From Paramecium tetraurelia (lineage: Eukaryota), in the NCBI GenBank assembly GCA_000165425.1, contig CT868070.1:62001-126000 (forward strand): a stretch of 64,000 bases of DNA. The letters run 5' to 3'. Shown here in pieces: positions 12,801-26,027 of the stretch. Each line of letters opens with the position of its first letter. Within the stretch, counting starts at the first letter, position 1. The notes beneath the pieces were generated by a model. The model made no database searches. It saw only the letters and a program-made list of their open reading frames with translations, and had not been told where the DNA came from. A program made the translations under genes and the position numbers.

Positions 12801-14667
12801 TTGAGAGTTCAACATTTTTTCGATTCAATGTTTCTTTGTCTATCTACAATTATTGTAGTTTGTTTTCATTTTCATGAAGCTAAGCTTACTATTTAGTAAT
12901 TTATTATGAAAGATTCTCAATAGTTAGGTCCTTTTATTTTATAATTGCTTCTTAATTGTCGAATTTTGGTTGCAATTATGATAATCTTTAGACTTTGAGA
13001 TTAGAATCTGAGTTTTCACTAAATAGCTTTTGAATTTCTACAGTTTTGGAATGAAGTTCTTGTTTGTATTGTTTAATTTGTTTTTCATAAATTTCTAGTC
13101 TGAGTTAGACGAGTCTAATTTATTCAGTTAATTTGGTACAGAGTGCATCAAAATTTAATTATTATGGTTTTTCTGTAATGGTTTCTTCACTTGAATCACT
13201 GGAGTCAGAACTTTCATTAGAAGTGACAGCTTCCAATTGTTTATGATGGGAGATGAGAAAGTTTTGATACTTAGTGATGTCTTCCTCTAATTTGGATTAG
13301 ATTTATTTAGATGCTTACATTTGAAGATTCAACTTCTCAACAACACGTTCTTATTTTTATTTTTCTTAATTTAAATCTTCAATTTGATGATGTGATTCTA
13401 GTAATTGAATTTCAAATTCTGAGATCTTCTAACAAATGATGGTGGATTCTTTCTGTTGAATTAATTCATTTTACTTGATTTCATTAATAAGTTTGTTGTT
13501 ATGCAAAATTAAATCCTCATTCTTTTATTCCAACAATCTAACATCATGATTTAATTTTGATATAGTACTCTCTTATACCTATTTAACTTAGACATGTTTT
13601 AACTCACATTCCTTCAAGTCACTTGTAAGTTTGGCTATCTGTTATTTTAGAGTATTGATCTAATTTTGATTATAATCTTTCTCTGTATTTTGAGTTTCTT
13701 GTTGGTAAGACAATTATAGATCGTTGTTGAATGATTGTGATTGGGTTAACTAAACATTTTGGACTTCAGTAGTTTATTGGAGAGCTTGGATGTCACTATC
13801 TTTTTGTAATACAACCATCTCTTGTTGTACGTTACGATTCATCGCATCTTGAGTTTGTTATTGAGGAGCTGATTGCAATTACAATTGTAGTGAAGAAGAT
13901 GAGACTTGTATTTCTGAAGATTGCAATTATAACTATTATCTTAGAAGAGTGTTGTGATTTTGGAGATCCGATAGTTGTATTAGCAGGTTTTGGTTTTATT
14001 TTTGTAGTGTGTCTATTTGTGAATGGAGACTTTCAGAAAGATTGGCACTTTTTTCCATTTATTCTAGATTTCTATTGAGTACACCGTTTTCATTAATGAT
14101 TAGAGTGATCTCTTCATCCTTGTCTTGAATTAAGTTTTGATATTGTTCTATTTTATTTTCATAGTCAACTTATTAAAGATCTAAATTAGCTTTTAGCTAT
14201 TTATTTTATTCGTTTAATAAGGTGGAGTTGTCAATGAGTTTGCAGATTTCCAGTTTGTTATTGTCAAGGGATTTGCGAAGCTCCAGAATGTCTCTTTGGT
14301 AATCCTAGTTTTTGAGATGACTCAATTTGATTTGTTGCTTGAGTTCGACGATTTGATCTTTATATTATTTGTTCTTTTTGTCGTATTTGGATTGGAGCAA
14401 TTGATTTTGTAAGACAGATTAAGTGAATTTGGATTGTAGTTCCATATTCTGTTGTTGATAGTTCTAGCATTCGGATCTGAGATCTTCGATGATGGATTAT
14501 TGTTATGATAATGAGATATGATGTTGGGATTTGAGAGTGTCGATTTGCTGATTGGAAGCTTCGATTTCTTCATTGAGGAGTTCAATGTCGTCTTGTAGTT
14601 TTTGGATGAGAAGAGTTTGGTTTTTGTTGACCTGTTTGAGAAGCGCCTCATTATTTGAATTTAACAT
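9863..14667 (-). CDS. Giant Q/E/K-rich coiled-coil protein (~1600 aa)
   Basis: Long minus-strand frame MLNSNNEALLKQVNKNQTLLIQKLQDDIELLNEE...SNASQK-TGA, heptad-like composition, many TAA/TAG Gln codons; interior not checked codon by codon. Confidence 0.8.
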
Positions 14668-14681
14668 TAATATTTTAAAAA

Positions 14682-16204
14682 ATGATTTAGTAGTAAGGTT
14701 AACCAGAGGAAGTGCAAAAGCAAGACAAAAAGGATGACGGAAGAAATGCTTCTTCTCATAGGGAGGAAGGCAGAAAAGGATAATCAAAGAGACGTGATTC
14801 TTCGAATGAGTCATACTCAAATTAATCATCCTCTTTTGAGAATAAGATTGGAAAACGCTACTATCCCCACAGCGAATTTAAGATCCACTTCTATGTACGT
14901 CATGTACACATGAATGGGATGAGTACTAATGAATTTTTGAGTTTCATTAAGAGAAAAGGTAATGTATGGTAATATTTAGTGAACTTGGCTGGATCGTGTG
15001 ATATAGTCCAAATATTCAATACTCAGGGTTCCTATTGCGATGTTGCAATTGGAATGAGCAATGACGATAATGCGAAAATTAGTATACATTGGCAAGAAGC
15101 ACTTCAATTTCGGAAGGAATGGTATGATGAAATCAACTTATGAATAGGAAGACAAAAGGAAGTTGTCGAATTGAGTGATGCCTTTAAAAACTATCTAGAA
15201 AACAAGAATATGTTGGACAAAGAACATTTGGAACGATCCTTGAGGAGAAATGTAACAGTTGACAATTTATTTTAGCAATAATCAAAGGGCAGGAGTGACA
15301 GCAGTGAGTCATCGAGAAGATACACGAGTCGAAGTGTAAGCAAGAATAGGAATAAGGTAGGGGACAGAAAGCAGCCCCAGGGGAAAGGATCGAAAAGGAG
15401 ATCATCATCTTCTTCTAGCTAGCCCAGAAGAACCAAGCAAGTCAAAAAGATCAGACAATCATCAAGGAGTTCTTCTTTGGAGTTAAATAAGGGATTAATT
15501 GAATGTTTAACCTATCAAACCTTAACAGGTGTTCACTGATAAGAATAGTGTTTATATCTTCTCGATACCACAGGAAGTTAATGAGAATGAAGTTATCTAA
15601 GAGATTGTTACTCATCATAAATAGAATGCACCTATTAATCACACTTGGAGTTATTATTTATTTAAATTATTAAGACACTTCTGATAAGATGCAATATTTG
15701 GAGTTATAATTTTAGGATGAAAATACTGCTCAATTTTTAGTCAATTTGAGGCCCTGTTTGCAAGTTAAGGGCATTCCTCTTTTGGTTGTGGCTAAAAAAT
15801 AACGACCTGTTTAAGATTTATTGAGGAATTATGAGGTGCAAGTTGAATTAGATAGAGATGTACCTCCTTTTAATGTCTATTTGGAGTTTAAAAAGTATGG
15901 AGATCTAATTGGGATTTATGTGTTTTAGTAAAATAGGAAGTATCGCACCTATTTAATTTTCAAGTTATTTACTCTTGTATTCATCGTCCTCTTAATTGCA
16001 GGAGGCATTACGTCCTCCAGTCCATTTATAATTGGTCATTAACGATTAAGCTGTTAATGCTAACGCCAAGATTATTGATAAACCTATTGATATCCAACGA
16101 CCATATATCAAAGAAACTTTAGCTTATTAGCTTAGCACTTAATAGGACAACAGTATTTCAATTCTTATATTATAGAAGATAGAAAAAGAAAAGATAAAAA
16201 ATGA
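14682..16204 (+). CDS. Multi-RRM-like RNA-binding protein with RS-rich linker; frame breaks present
   Basis: RNP2-like SVYIFSIPQEVNENEV and RNP1-like YLELQFQDENTAQ; R/S-rich linker ~15280-15480; several tiny introns; in-frame TGAs at 15141 and 15537 need shifts or non-typical introns. Confidence 0.65.
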
Positions 16205-17070
16205 GAAGCCATTTAATTTAATATTCAAACAATATAATTATTTCATGTGGCGAAAGAACTATCATAATCTCCTTTCTCCCCTCATTCAATTTATTTAATA
16301 TTAATTTTTAATTTATGGGAATTTTCATATGCTAATTAACCTAAACTTACTCAATTACAGAGATGGAGAATCATCTTCTGTATAATATATAAGAATTTAT
16401 TGACTACTGTCATCACATATACACTCCTTCTTTTTCCGAATACCCACTTCATTCGTTTTATACCATCTTATGTCATTATTCTCTTAGGTAAATCACTATT
16501 TATTTATGCACCCTTATTACATCACTATTGCTGCATCACTACTAACCTGAACTTACCTTTGAACTATTAAATATTCGTAATATATAATTTGTTTATTATT
16601 CTATAAAATTGCTCAATTTGCAACATCATTTATTTATTTGTCATTAACATAGAAGAGGTAGATTTCCTTTCCAAGATTATTATATACTTTATATGTCAAT
16701 CCTGTTTCACCTACTGCAGATTACAACTTGATTTCCCTACTCAATCATATCAAATCCTATTTTGACATACCCTCTCTTACTAATAATAAATAAATAAAAG
16801 AATATTATTAAGTTGCCAATTTACTAGTCTGTCAAACTTGTAATTCCTAACTTTAATTGATTAAACTCCTCATCTCAGAAAAATAATTATCTCAGCTATT
16901 ATAATCAAAATTTTGATGGATCATCTTAAAATTTAAAAAATTTAGATTTTACTTAAATGAAAATTTAGGGATTGTCAAACTAATTGATTATCTAAACTAT
17001 TAACTATTTTTGATAGAGGATTTGATGTAAATTAATATGTAATTTTAAAGATATATATGAATCTTGATGA

Positions 17071-17879
17071 TCAATACAGGAATGGTAAGGCATTATTGCA
17101 ATCACGGACCAAGAGGACAACAAAGCCATAATAGATGAAGGGGAAGAATTTGCCCATGAATCTATTGACCCATTTTTCCTTCATTGGACTAGATAGAGAA
17201 TGATGTTTATACCTAAAGTAGAGCGAAATGTTGTAATATAATACAAGTCCAACATATAATATATTTAATAAAAAGATGAAGGGAAACTTCATCAACAAGG
17301 TGTGAATAGCCATGATCATGGTGTCCTACCATTCATACTAATTTCTCAGAATTAATGGAGGAATGACTATCATGGACACCTTTGTTTCTTCAATAAATGG
17401 TTTACCATGTGATGAACCATAGCCAGAATCTGCAAGGTTCAAAAAAGGTTCCCTCTACAATTAAGATTGTCAGATCAATTAAATAATAGAATGGGACTGG
17501 GGCAGCCTTATGGTATTGTTTTTGAATACAAAAAACATGACGATGAACTGATCCCAAGAGCCTTTCCTGATTTTATGATAATAGTCCGGAGTTGTTTAAT
17601 GCTTGTACAATTGGTAGAACCTTGCTGAAAGACTGGTATCATTTGGATAATACTCCAAATATACCTAAGTGTCAGAATGAGGTGAGTTACCAAAGCATAT
17701 CGTTATGATACCTTAAGGAGAGACAGGTCCATTCGAATGGGATATCAGCCCAAAGAAATGTCTTTAATTAATTTATGTACTATATAAAATAATTTATTTT
17801 AAACGTGATTATTATTGAAAATATTTAGAATAAGTAAATGAGCAAATAAGAAAGAATAAGTATGAGTATGAGAATGCAT
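17071..17879 (-). pseudogene. Multi-pass membrane protein with two apparent 1-nt deletions (pseudogene or assembly error)
   Basis: Hydrophobic segments and W-F-H-H-M motif recoverable only after frame shifts near 17630 and 17414; tiny introns at expected sizes. Confidence 0.55.
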
Positions 17880-17902
17880 TAAATTTTATATAATATTAAT
17901 AT

Positions 17903-19216
17903 ATGAAATAATAGTCAAATAGAAAATTATTAGAGTTGAGACAGAGTGTGAAGCAGTCACTTTTCAAATCAGTGAAGACGGAAAGATCTCAATATCCAAC
18001 CGAAACAAAGAGATCCAAATCTATAACTCAGTGGACATAATTTACATTCTTCAAATAAAATCAGTAATCTAAAATCACAAAATTCCATGATGTGTACAGG
18101 ATGACCAAGAAAATAGGAACAGGTGCTCATGGAGTGGTGAAGATTTGTAATAAAATTTAAGATTAACTAAAAATAAACTATGCAGTTAAAAAGTTGTCAT
18201 GTAAAAACGACCCTGAGTTAATAAGAACTATCATTTAAACCTTTAATATTAATAGAACTTTGAATAATCATCCCAAAATTATCAGATCATATGATTTGTA
18301 TATTGATGAAAATGAATAAGTTGCTTATTGGGTAATGGAATATTGCAATTACAAAAGTCTGTAATCATACATGTATAAATCAATCCCCGATGTTGTGATC
18401 TAATAAATTATGAAGTAGTTGGCTCAAACCATAACTGAAATCCACAAGAAAGGCATCTGTCATAGAGATTTGAAACCAGACAACATTTTAGTAAAATTGC
18501 ACGGTTAAATTGATATCAAAATCATTGATTTTGGTGTATCTAAGAAATTCATGGTCAAAAAGAAAAACGATAGAATATATCATGAAATGTGGACCAGAAC
18601 TGGTTCTCTTCTCTATTAAGCACCTGAAACCTTTCTAGGAGGTGGATATGATGAAAAACGTATCTCAACATTATTTATTTTAGTTGATGTCTGGAGTGTT
18701 GGTGTTATCCTCTACCAACTTCTCTGTGGCAAATTTCCATTTATTTGTGATTCCAAATTAGATACAATAGAGATGATTACTGATCCCAATCTCACTATAA
18801 ATCAAAATAAGGAGTTATAACTATTATAACCACTTCAGATTGATTTACTAAAAAGACTCTTAAATAAAAATCCAGAAAAGCGATTGACTGCTGAAGAATT
18901 CTCTTTGCATCCTTGGATTAACTAGGTGAGCACAACTAAGTCAATTTCTAGTGATGATTTATAAATCAACAAGGGTAGTGAAATAATCACTACATCTCTC
19001 AATCTTGATGAAACTCAAATAAGGATTGACTTCTCTAATCATATACATTACACTCAAAAGCAGTTTCAAGAGTTGCTTATTCATATCAAAGATCATGTCA
19101 TTGAAGATTCTTAAAGCAGAAAGAGCAGCTATTAAATCATTTCAGCCCATACATCTTATGAGGCTTCTCCTATTAATTAAACAGATGAAACTCAATAACC
19201 AAACTATAAAAAATGA
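17903..19216 (+). CDS. Ser/Thr protein kinase, CAMK-like
   Basis: IGTGAHGVV, YAVKK, HRDLKPDN, IDFG, TGSLLYQAPE, DVWSVG, HPWI; intron 18660-18682. Confidence 0.95.
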
Positions 19217-20153
19217 ATTCATAAGTGATTGAAATTGTTTGAAGATGTAGTTATTTTTGTATAATAAAATTTATTTAATTAATAATATAATTCTCTTTCA
19301 GAATAATATGATTAAAAACAACTGTATAAAACATGAAAATGGTATTGTCTATAAAAACTAGAATCCAATATTTCATAAATAATGTAAATATTTTCAATAT
19401 ATAAATAACTCTATGAATTATGAGTTTTTTTGACTAAATATATTTCTATATCAATAGCCATCCCTGCAATGATAAAATAATTTCAGTGATTTAAAGAATT
19501 TACTTTAAGTTTCAAAAAGCTAATCCAATTTTTTAAGTAAATTTAATTATGAACCCTTAATAATTAATATTATAATTAAAAATTACAAAAAAGAGAAGGA
19601 AATTAAAAAATTCTAATTACTATTGAGGATGCCTACTTCTTTTTATTTACAATTTATTAACTATTCTATTTTTATGATCAAATGGATTCCATTTTTGATT
19701 AAGTTGTGATATTTTAAACTTCTCCAAAAGTAGATCCTACTTACACTTTGTTACCCCCACCCCTTTTAATATATTGAAATAATAACTTCATAATTCTTAT
19801 AAAATTACTGATTAAAATATGATAATTTAATTCACACATCTGAAACTTCAGATTAGAGTCTTTATAAAATTTTTGAATTCATTATTTTGTACCTAATAAC
19901 TATTTCACACTAATGATATAGTATATTAATTTTCTGCAAAAGATCATTCCTTAAGGACTGTCACAAAATAAATGCAAAAGAATTCCAAATTTTATTCCGA
20001 ATTTAATGGTGATTCCACTGGAAAATGAAGTATTTGATGAATATATGTGATTTTGAAATCTCTATTAAAGATAATCATGTTAAAACACATATGGTCTGGA
20101 AATGATGTGTAATAGATGATATAGATAATGATATATCCAATATAAAAATTAAT

Positions 20154-20858
20154 TCATATCAAGAAGATCTACTTTTTCATGAACAATGGGGATTGATTAA
20201 CGTAGTCTTAGGGTTATCCTTTGACTATTTGTTTTTTCATAAGAAAATTGTTTTGGATGGCAACCAACTGGTCATCACTCATCAATTTACTATTATATCC
20301 AGCAAATAATTTATTCGATCCTTTTCGATTGATTTAACCGGATCCATGTATATCTTGACTAACTCGAATTCCATAGGCAGTTTGTATTTCTGAAGTATGA
20401 CTATATATTTGAGCGAGAGTCTCTGTATTGTATTGGAACTACCTTACACAAAGCATAAGATCATTAAGTAAAAGGGTTTTAGGTTCAAATTTGCCAGACT
20501 GTATTTCCTGTTGCTTTTATTTATTAATTTGAATTTCTAAGTTGCTGTATAGTTATCGAGTTTCTTGGGGGATTGCTACTTTTTGTTATTCTGAGATTTT
20601 CCTCTGAGGTTTAAAATTGAATGCCGTCAACCCAATAAGTGCATTCTGTTTGACTACCAAAGGTGGTTTAGTGGGTTGAGAGTTGACTCTTTGGTGATGA
20701 GATGTTGATTGGAAAATAAGCTATTTTATTTCACTATCAGTTGCTTTGGATTGCAATTAGGTGACTATCTTGTCAATTGTATTCTTCAATATTTATGTCA
20801 CCTATTACTGATTTTTAATGTAATTGAGAAATGTGATAAAGGCTTCTCTAAGTTCCAT
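20154..20858 (-). CDS. Hypothetical protein (~234 aa)
   Basis: Open frame MELREAFITFLNYIKNQ...KQIFLI-TGA in ciliate code. Confidence 0.7.
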
Positions 20859-20869
20859 TAATTAATTTA

Positions 20870-22130
20870 ATGAAAAGTGTGGAACAGTTATTTCCTCAAT
20901 TTGAGGTTGTCAATATCCTTAAATAAAACTAATATAAGAAGTCATTCAAAGTAAAAAGAAGTGGTTATTATTACATGTTGAGAATATTTGCATTGGATGG
21001 CATTCCAAAAGAAAGAGTGCAAAGTATCATTAAAATACTCTCTAAGCTATCTAACCAAAAAAACCCATATATTGTTAAGTTCTACGAAGCATCACTTGAT
21101 TAAGATATGACATATTTGGGGTATGGGCATATATTTCATCATTAGAATAGTGAGTGATTATTTAGATAAATAGTATGATTATCCTATGCAGGAACGAGCC
21201 ATTTGGAAGGTGATTTAAGATGTATCACTTAAGAGTATTCATTTAGATCTCTCAAGCATTATAATTGTTTCATCCCAAGAGAGTTCATGGGAAATTGCAA
21301 TTATCAAATCTGTTCTAAAGTTAAACAAATTCTATTTTAGGAGAGATGAATATTCTTTTTTATTTACACAAACAAAATTATACTGACTCATATTTATTGG
21401 CTCCCGAATTCATCAGAACATAAACCTATGATTATAAGGCTGATATTTGGATGATGGGATACATGCTATATTAGATGATGTTCAAGGATCCCTTATTAGT
21501 AGCCAACAATGTGGATGCTTTATAAAAGAAAGTTCTTAAAGGAATCCACATTACATACAACCCTAACTATAGTCTCAATTTAAATAATTTGTTAAAGTTG
21601 ATGCTTTGTTACGATCCTGAACTCAGACCCAATATAGAACAAATCTCTAATTATTGCCAATAAGCCTAAGGTTCTTAAGAAGAAATCAATTTGAATAGAA
21701 TTCTACCAAAATTTAAGACAGATAAATTGGTACTCTACAAGAAGAGGATCGAAAAAAGATACAAGCCGATTTAGAATATTGTGTACTTGAGTCAAGACCA
21801 TTACAAATAGCCTTATTTCCCTCCTTCTAAAGTGAAGAAGTAGAACCAGCAATCTAAATCAAAATAACTTACCTCCCCCTCAGATTTACAATATGCGCAA
21901 TAAACAATGTACTCGTTGTAATTGCCAAAAGTCTTGAATTATCAAATCAGCAGACTCAATATTAAAGACAATCTTGATATGTATTTAAAATTATGATATC
22001 TAGGCTATAAACCAAAACTCATATTTAGTCAAAATCGATTGAGAATCTCATTAAAATTTAAAAAAGCATTGGGCAAACGACACAAAGGAAGACTCATAAT
22101 TAACTCGTACTTTACAATAGAATCAATTGA
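20870..22130 (+). CDS. NEK-like pseudokinase
   Basis: NPYIVKFYEA, LAPE, YDYKADIW, DPELRP retained; G-loop lost, HRDLKxxN = HGKLQLSN, DFG = EMN; three tiny introns. Confidence 0.85.
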
Positions 22131-22191
22131 ATGAAAGGATAAAGGAGTATATAAGTGATATTAATGTTTTTGTTAATTTTATAATTAAATT

Positions 22192-22905
22192 ATGAAGCAG
22201 AGATACTTAAATGAGAATTGTCACAGCAACATCTAAACTCATCGATCTGAGAGATCCAGTAGTTCGAACATCCTTTAAGATTTATCCAACAATAGTATTA
22301 TGTTCTAATTAACTCAAGCAGGGCAATTATTATTTACTAAAAAACCAATTCGTGGGACTAGACAAGCTAAACCTGATGTGTTATCAAATGACCATGATGT
22401 GCAATTACAATAGAACAGATAGTACAAACAAAAGAAAATTTAATAACTAAAAATTTAGTTATAAACTTTAAAATAGAATTATGATAAATAAGCAACGTCA
22501 CAATTTAATCTGCATAAAACTATTGATAACACCGTGAAAAGGTTGCTTGAACTCAAAGCATAAATTAACATCAATCACATTGAGGAGCCTTGGCAAGACA
22601 TAATCAAAATGGAGAAGGATATATTTGGGAATGAGGATAACATCATGAAATAAATGCCCATCCAGAATTTCAATGAGGTTATATCAGGGCATTAGTTAAC
22701 CATTTTAGAATTGGTTTCTTAGTAGTAAAATTTGCAACAATAGAATTATTGGATTGCTTAAATGAAACTGTTACATGAAACTTTCATCTAAAAAAATTTA
22801 ACTATAGGGTAGATCCTCAAACCTAAGGATGTTCCAGACAATTTAGAATAGTCCATTGAGATCTCTTATGAGGAATTTACTTAATCATTCGGCAAAAAGT
22901 GGTGA
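22192..22905 (+). CDS. Hypothetical coiled-coil protein (237 aa)
   Basis: Uninterrupted ATG-TGA frame MKQRYLNENCHS...FGKKW. Confidence 0.75.
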
Positions 22906-22938
22906 CTTATATATTATATTAATTAATTTATTATTTTA

Positions 22939-24385
22939 ATGGATTCCGAGTTTGACGAAGTGATGAAGATATTCAGAACCAATTTACCTTATGAGGAAGT
23001 GCAAGCTCTGGTTACTTCACACCTCGAGAAATGGTAAATTGATTATATTAAGAATGTGGAAGCAGAAGAGTACAAAGTAATCAATTGATCTATGTTATGC
23101 AGAAAGCTTATAAAATAGCTAAGAAGGTGTGTGTAATATTGCAACAGAATCTTAAGTGTCTCTGTTTGAAGATCCAAAACCAACTCCCCAACATTAAGGA
23201 TATCAAAGACATGATTATAACGCTCTTAGATGATTATAGATAGTTTTCAGATGCAGAAATAAGTCAAATGTTTGATGTCAAATTGAAATTAAAAAAGAAT
23301 GAGGATGTCTTGCCCTTTGAGTTGAAAAGATTACAAGAGTTTTTAGAGTAATGTTACAATAAAATAATAGAGATCACCTATTTATTCTAATTTCGTTTGT
23401 CAACAATATCGGTGCTATTGAGATCCTCAGGAAGAAGACTCAAATTGGACTGAACTACATTTGCAGAGCCTTATCGATTCGATCCTATCTGATGACAAAG
23501 AATTTATTTATTTATCAGTAGGTTCAATTGCAATTGAATGTCTGTTTCGCATTAAATCAAAGCAATTAACCTTAACAAGCTATTTAATTGATTACTGTTC
23601 CCATGCAGATTTTAGAGGCGTTAAATTAGGACAGCAAAACCCATGATTTTCTGGTTAAGAATAGAATCACATTTTCATTAATTGAATATTCAATTAACAA
23701 TAACTAAAAGGCAATGATCCCATATCCAAAAGAAATTCCCCCGTTTTAGATTCATTATCATCTACTTTTGGGATATCAGTTCTTTGCCAAAGTATTTGAA
23801 CTTTTAGGAAAGTATAGTAATGATTTAATACAATTTTAATTAGAACTAAATCTTAGTAGGAATGCTAACAGTACTATAACAGGATGTATGATGAATACAA
23901 AAGAATGAATCCTAAGGCATTTGAATAGTTGAAACAGAAACAAGAATTGCTAGCATAATTATAACAGAAGTCATCGAGATAGAGCACATAATAGAAGTAA
24001 GAGAAACAAAAAACGGAGACGATTTAAGTGGAGAAGGATGAGATAGAGAGCGAGAGATTGGGCGAGGATAATTCAATTGTTTTTTTTGATTCTTGGGAAG
24101 ACGAGTCATTCAATGTGGCAATGAATTTGAGGGAAGAATAGGAGTAATTTTATGAAATAGGAATGTAGTTGTTTGGAGATAATAATTTACTCTGTGGAGA
24201 TAGGATTCACAAAGAAATTGTACGTTTCACTATTAGACTTACGAGGAGATTATAAGGACATACAGACTTATCAAAATCTGTTCAATCAAATTTAGGTGAT
24301 AGATTTGGAGAGGGGACAATTTGATTTGGTGAATCAGAAATGGTATGAGACAATCTCTGGGTGTATGCATAGAATAGCTAATTGA
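22939..24385 (+). CDS. Hypothetical helical (TPR-like) protein
   Basis: MDSEFDEVMKIFRTNL start, several tiny introns, helical-repeat-like middle; 3' end ambiguous (TGA at 24322 or 24383). Confidence 0.6.
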
Positions 24386-24403
24386 AATGATATAATTAAT
24401 TTT

Positions 24404-24868
24404 ATGTTTAAAAACTTACCAAGACATATAGTTTTGGATATCTTGCAATACTTGAGTATTTAAGACATTCTGAGGATGAGAAGAGTGAGCAGATAATTGT
24501 GGATGATAATATAGGCTCATTATCAAATGTGTTTGTTTTAATGCGGTTCTCAGATCGATTTGTCAAAATACAAGGTGAAAGGAGTAATGTTGTAGATAGT
24601 GGCCAAGGATTCAGGAGTGAGCAAACATAAACCAATGCAAAACTATTTGATGAAGTTGTGCAGTGGGCGAATAGAATTGTCTTATTATGATAGTGCCTAT
24701 TAGAAGGTGGGTTCGGATGAAATCGTGTATGTGGTTTAGAAGGGAAAGGAGAAGGAGATCATTCGAAATTTGGAGATTGTGGGAGTGTCTCCATCGTCAA
24801 TTAGTGTGTATCCAAATTCTTCATCGTGTAAAATACTATCAATTTTATGTATGATACTTTATGTGTGA
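24404..24868 (+). CDS. Small F-box protein (154 aa)
   Basis: N-terminal F-box NLPRHIVLDILQYLSIQDILRMRRVSRQL; intronless frame. Confidence 0.85.
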
Positions 24869-24916
24869 TCAAATTATTGTTTTCTTTTATAATCCGAGGT
24901 TCCGAATGGATTGTCA

Positions 24917-24936
24917 TTAATTATACGTATAATTAA
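24917..24936. repeat. Perfect 20-bp palindrome TTAATTATACGTATAATTAA
   Basis: Self-complementary sequence read directly, 45 bp upstream of ATG 24982. Confidence 0.9.
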
Positions 24937-24981
24937 GCAAGATATCAATTGAATCTATTCTGATTTTATTAATTACAAAAA

Positions 24982-25964
24982 ATGTCAATCAACTCATCAC
25001 ACATCTCAGTGCAAGTTGGACCATTTTACGAGGGAGAAGGAGCATGGAGTTTAGGGTATGTGTCCATTATAAGTTGTAGTTTGAAGGCTCTTATCAATAA
25101 GCAGGCTGCAACATAACAATTGGAATAGCTACAAAAATAAACAGGTGGAAATTTGGATACAGAATGGGGATTTGTGTTGGCCTTGAAGACAATAGACGGT
25201 AAGGCTCAGGAGTTGTAGAAATTCCTCAATGAGAAATTCAATCCGATTCTTGAGGAGGAAAACATTATTATGAAGACTCACAGTGAAGGAACAGCTTTGT
25301 GGTTGTCATTTTAATTGAAACCCGAAGAGATGGAAGAAATCAAGGAAGGATTCAACATGGTCTTTGCTCAAGGTAAAGATATGATTTATTTAAATAACAT
25401 TAGGTTTAGAAGAATTTGCTGAGAAGAATGAGAATTCAATATAAATGTTGTTGTCATCCAATACTGATTTCACATTTGCTAGTGAACTTCTTAAGAAGGG
25501 TGATAGACTGATGTCGGTTGTTATGAAGAGTCTCAAATTCGTTCTGAAATTGGATCTTGCTTAAGATTTGGCATAAACCATCAAAAATGTACTTGAGAAT
25601 CTTGAGCCAGATGCTGCCAATGAACCTCCAATGAGTTTGTTTCTTAAATTCAAGAATTTCAAAGTGGATTTGGAATTCAAGAGTTCAGATGACTGTCCTG
25701 AATTCATTAGATAGAATGGATTCTTCGGAAAGAAGATTCAAAAATGGATTCAAGATGGAGATGCAGCTATACAAGATGAATAGGGAATAGCAATCCTAAA
25801 ACAAATTCAAGAGGTAATCATTGAAATAATCATAGAACTTGCCAAATATGGAAATTGATTTCTATTTTACAATTCCCAATTTCTTGGCTGTCAGTGGAAA
25901 TGCTAAATTGCCAGGAGTTGCTCAATTCTTATTGGAGTATGGAAACATCGTAGACAAACTGTGA
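24982..25964 (+). CDS. Hypothetical protein (~300 aa)
   Basis: MSINSSHISVQVGPFYEGEGAW...GNIVDKL-TGA with three tiny introns; no family recognised. Confidence 0.8.
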
Positions 25965-26027
25965 TATCATTAAGATATTTCATTGTTAAAATATAAACAA
26001 TATTCGTATTACAATTCAATATTTTTC

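Noticed and set aside
15075..15082. Euplotes-type +1 programmed frameshifting as the cause of the frame breaks
   Set aside because: No site has in-frame AAA-TAR, TAR is a sense codon here, and breaks go in both directions.
15141..15143. In-frame TGA as selenocysteine or readthrough
   Set aside because: It lies inside a canonical-looking 26-nt intron; no redox motif or SECIS seen.
16316..16729. ~138-codon open frame
   Set aside because: With only one stop codon such frames arise by chance; composition is not gene-like.
24121..24385. Additional frameshift at the GGG run 24131-24133
   Set aside because: The original frame stays open to 24324, so no shift is required.
24865..24963. Possible C/D snoRNA (GTGATCA...CTGA)
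   Set aside because: C box is imperfect, overlaps the F-box stop, and no rRNA antisense element was recognised.
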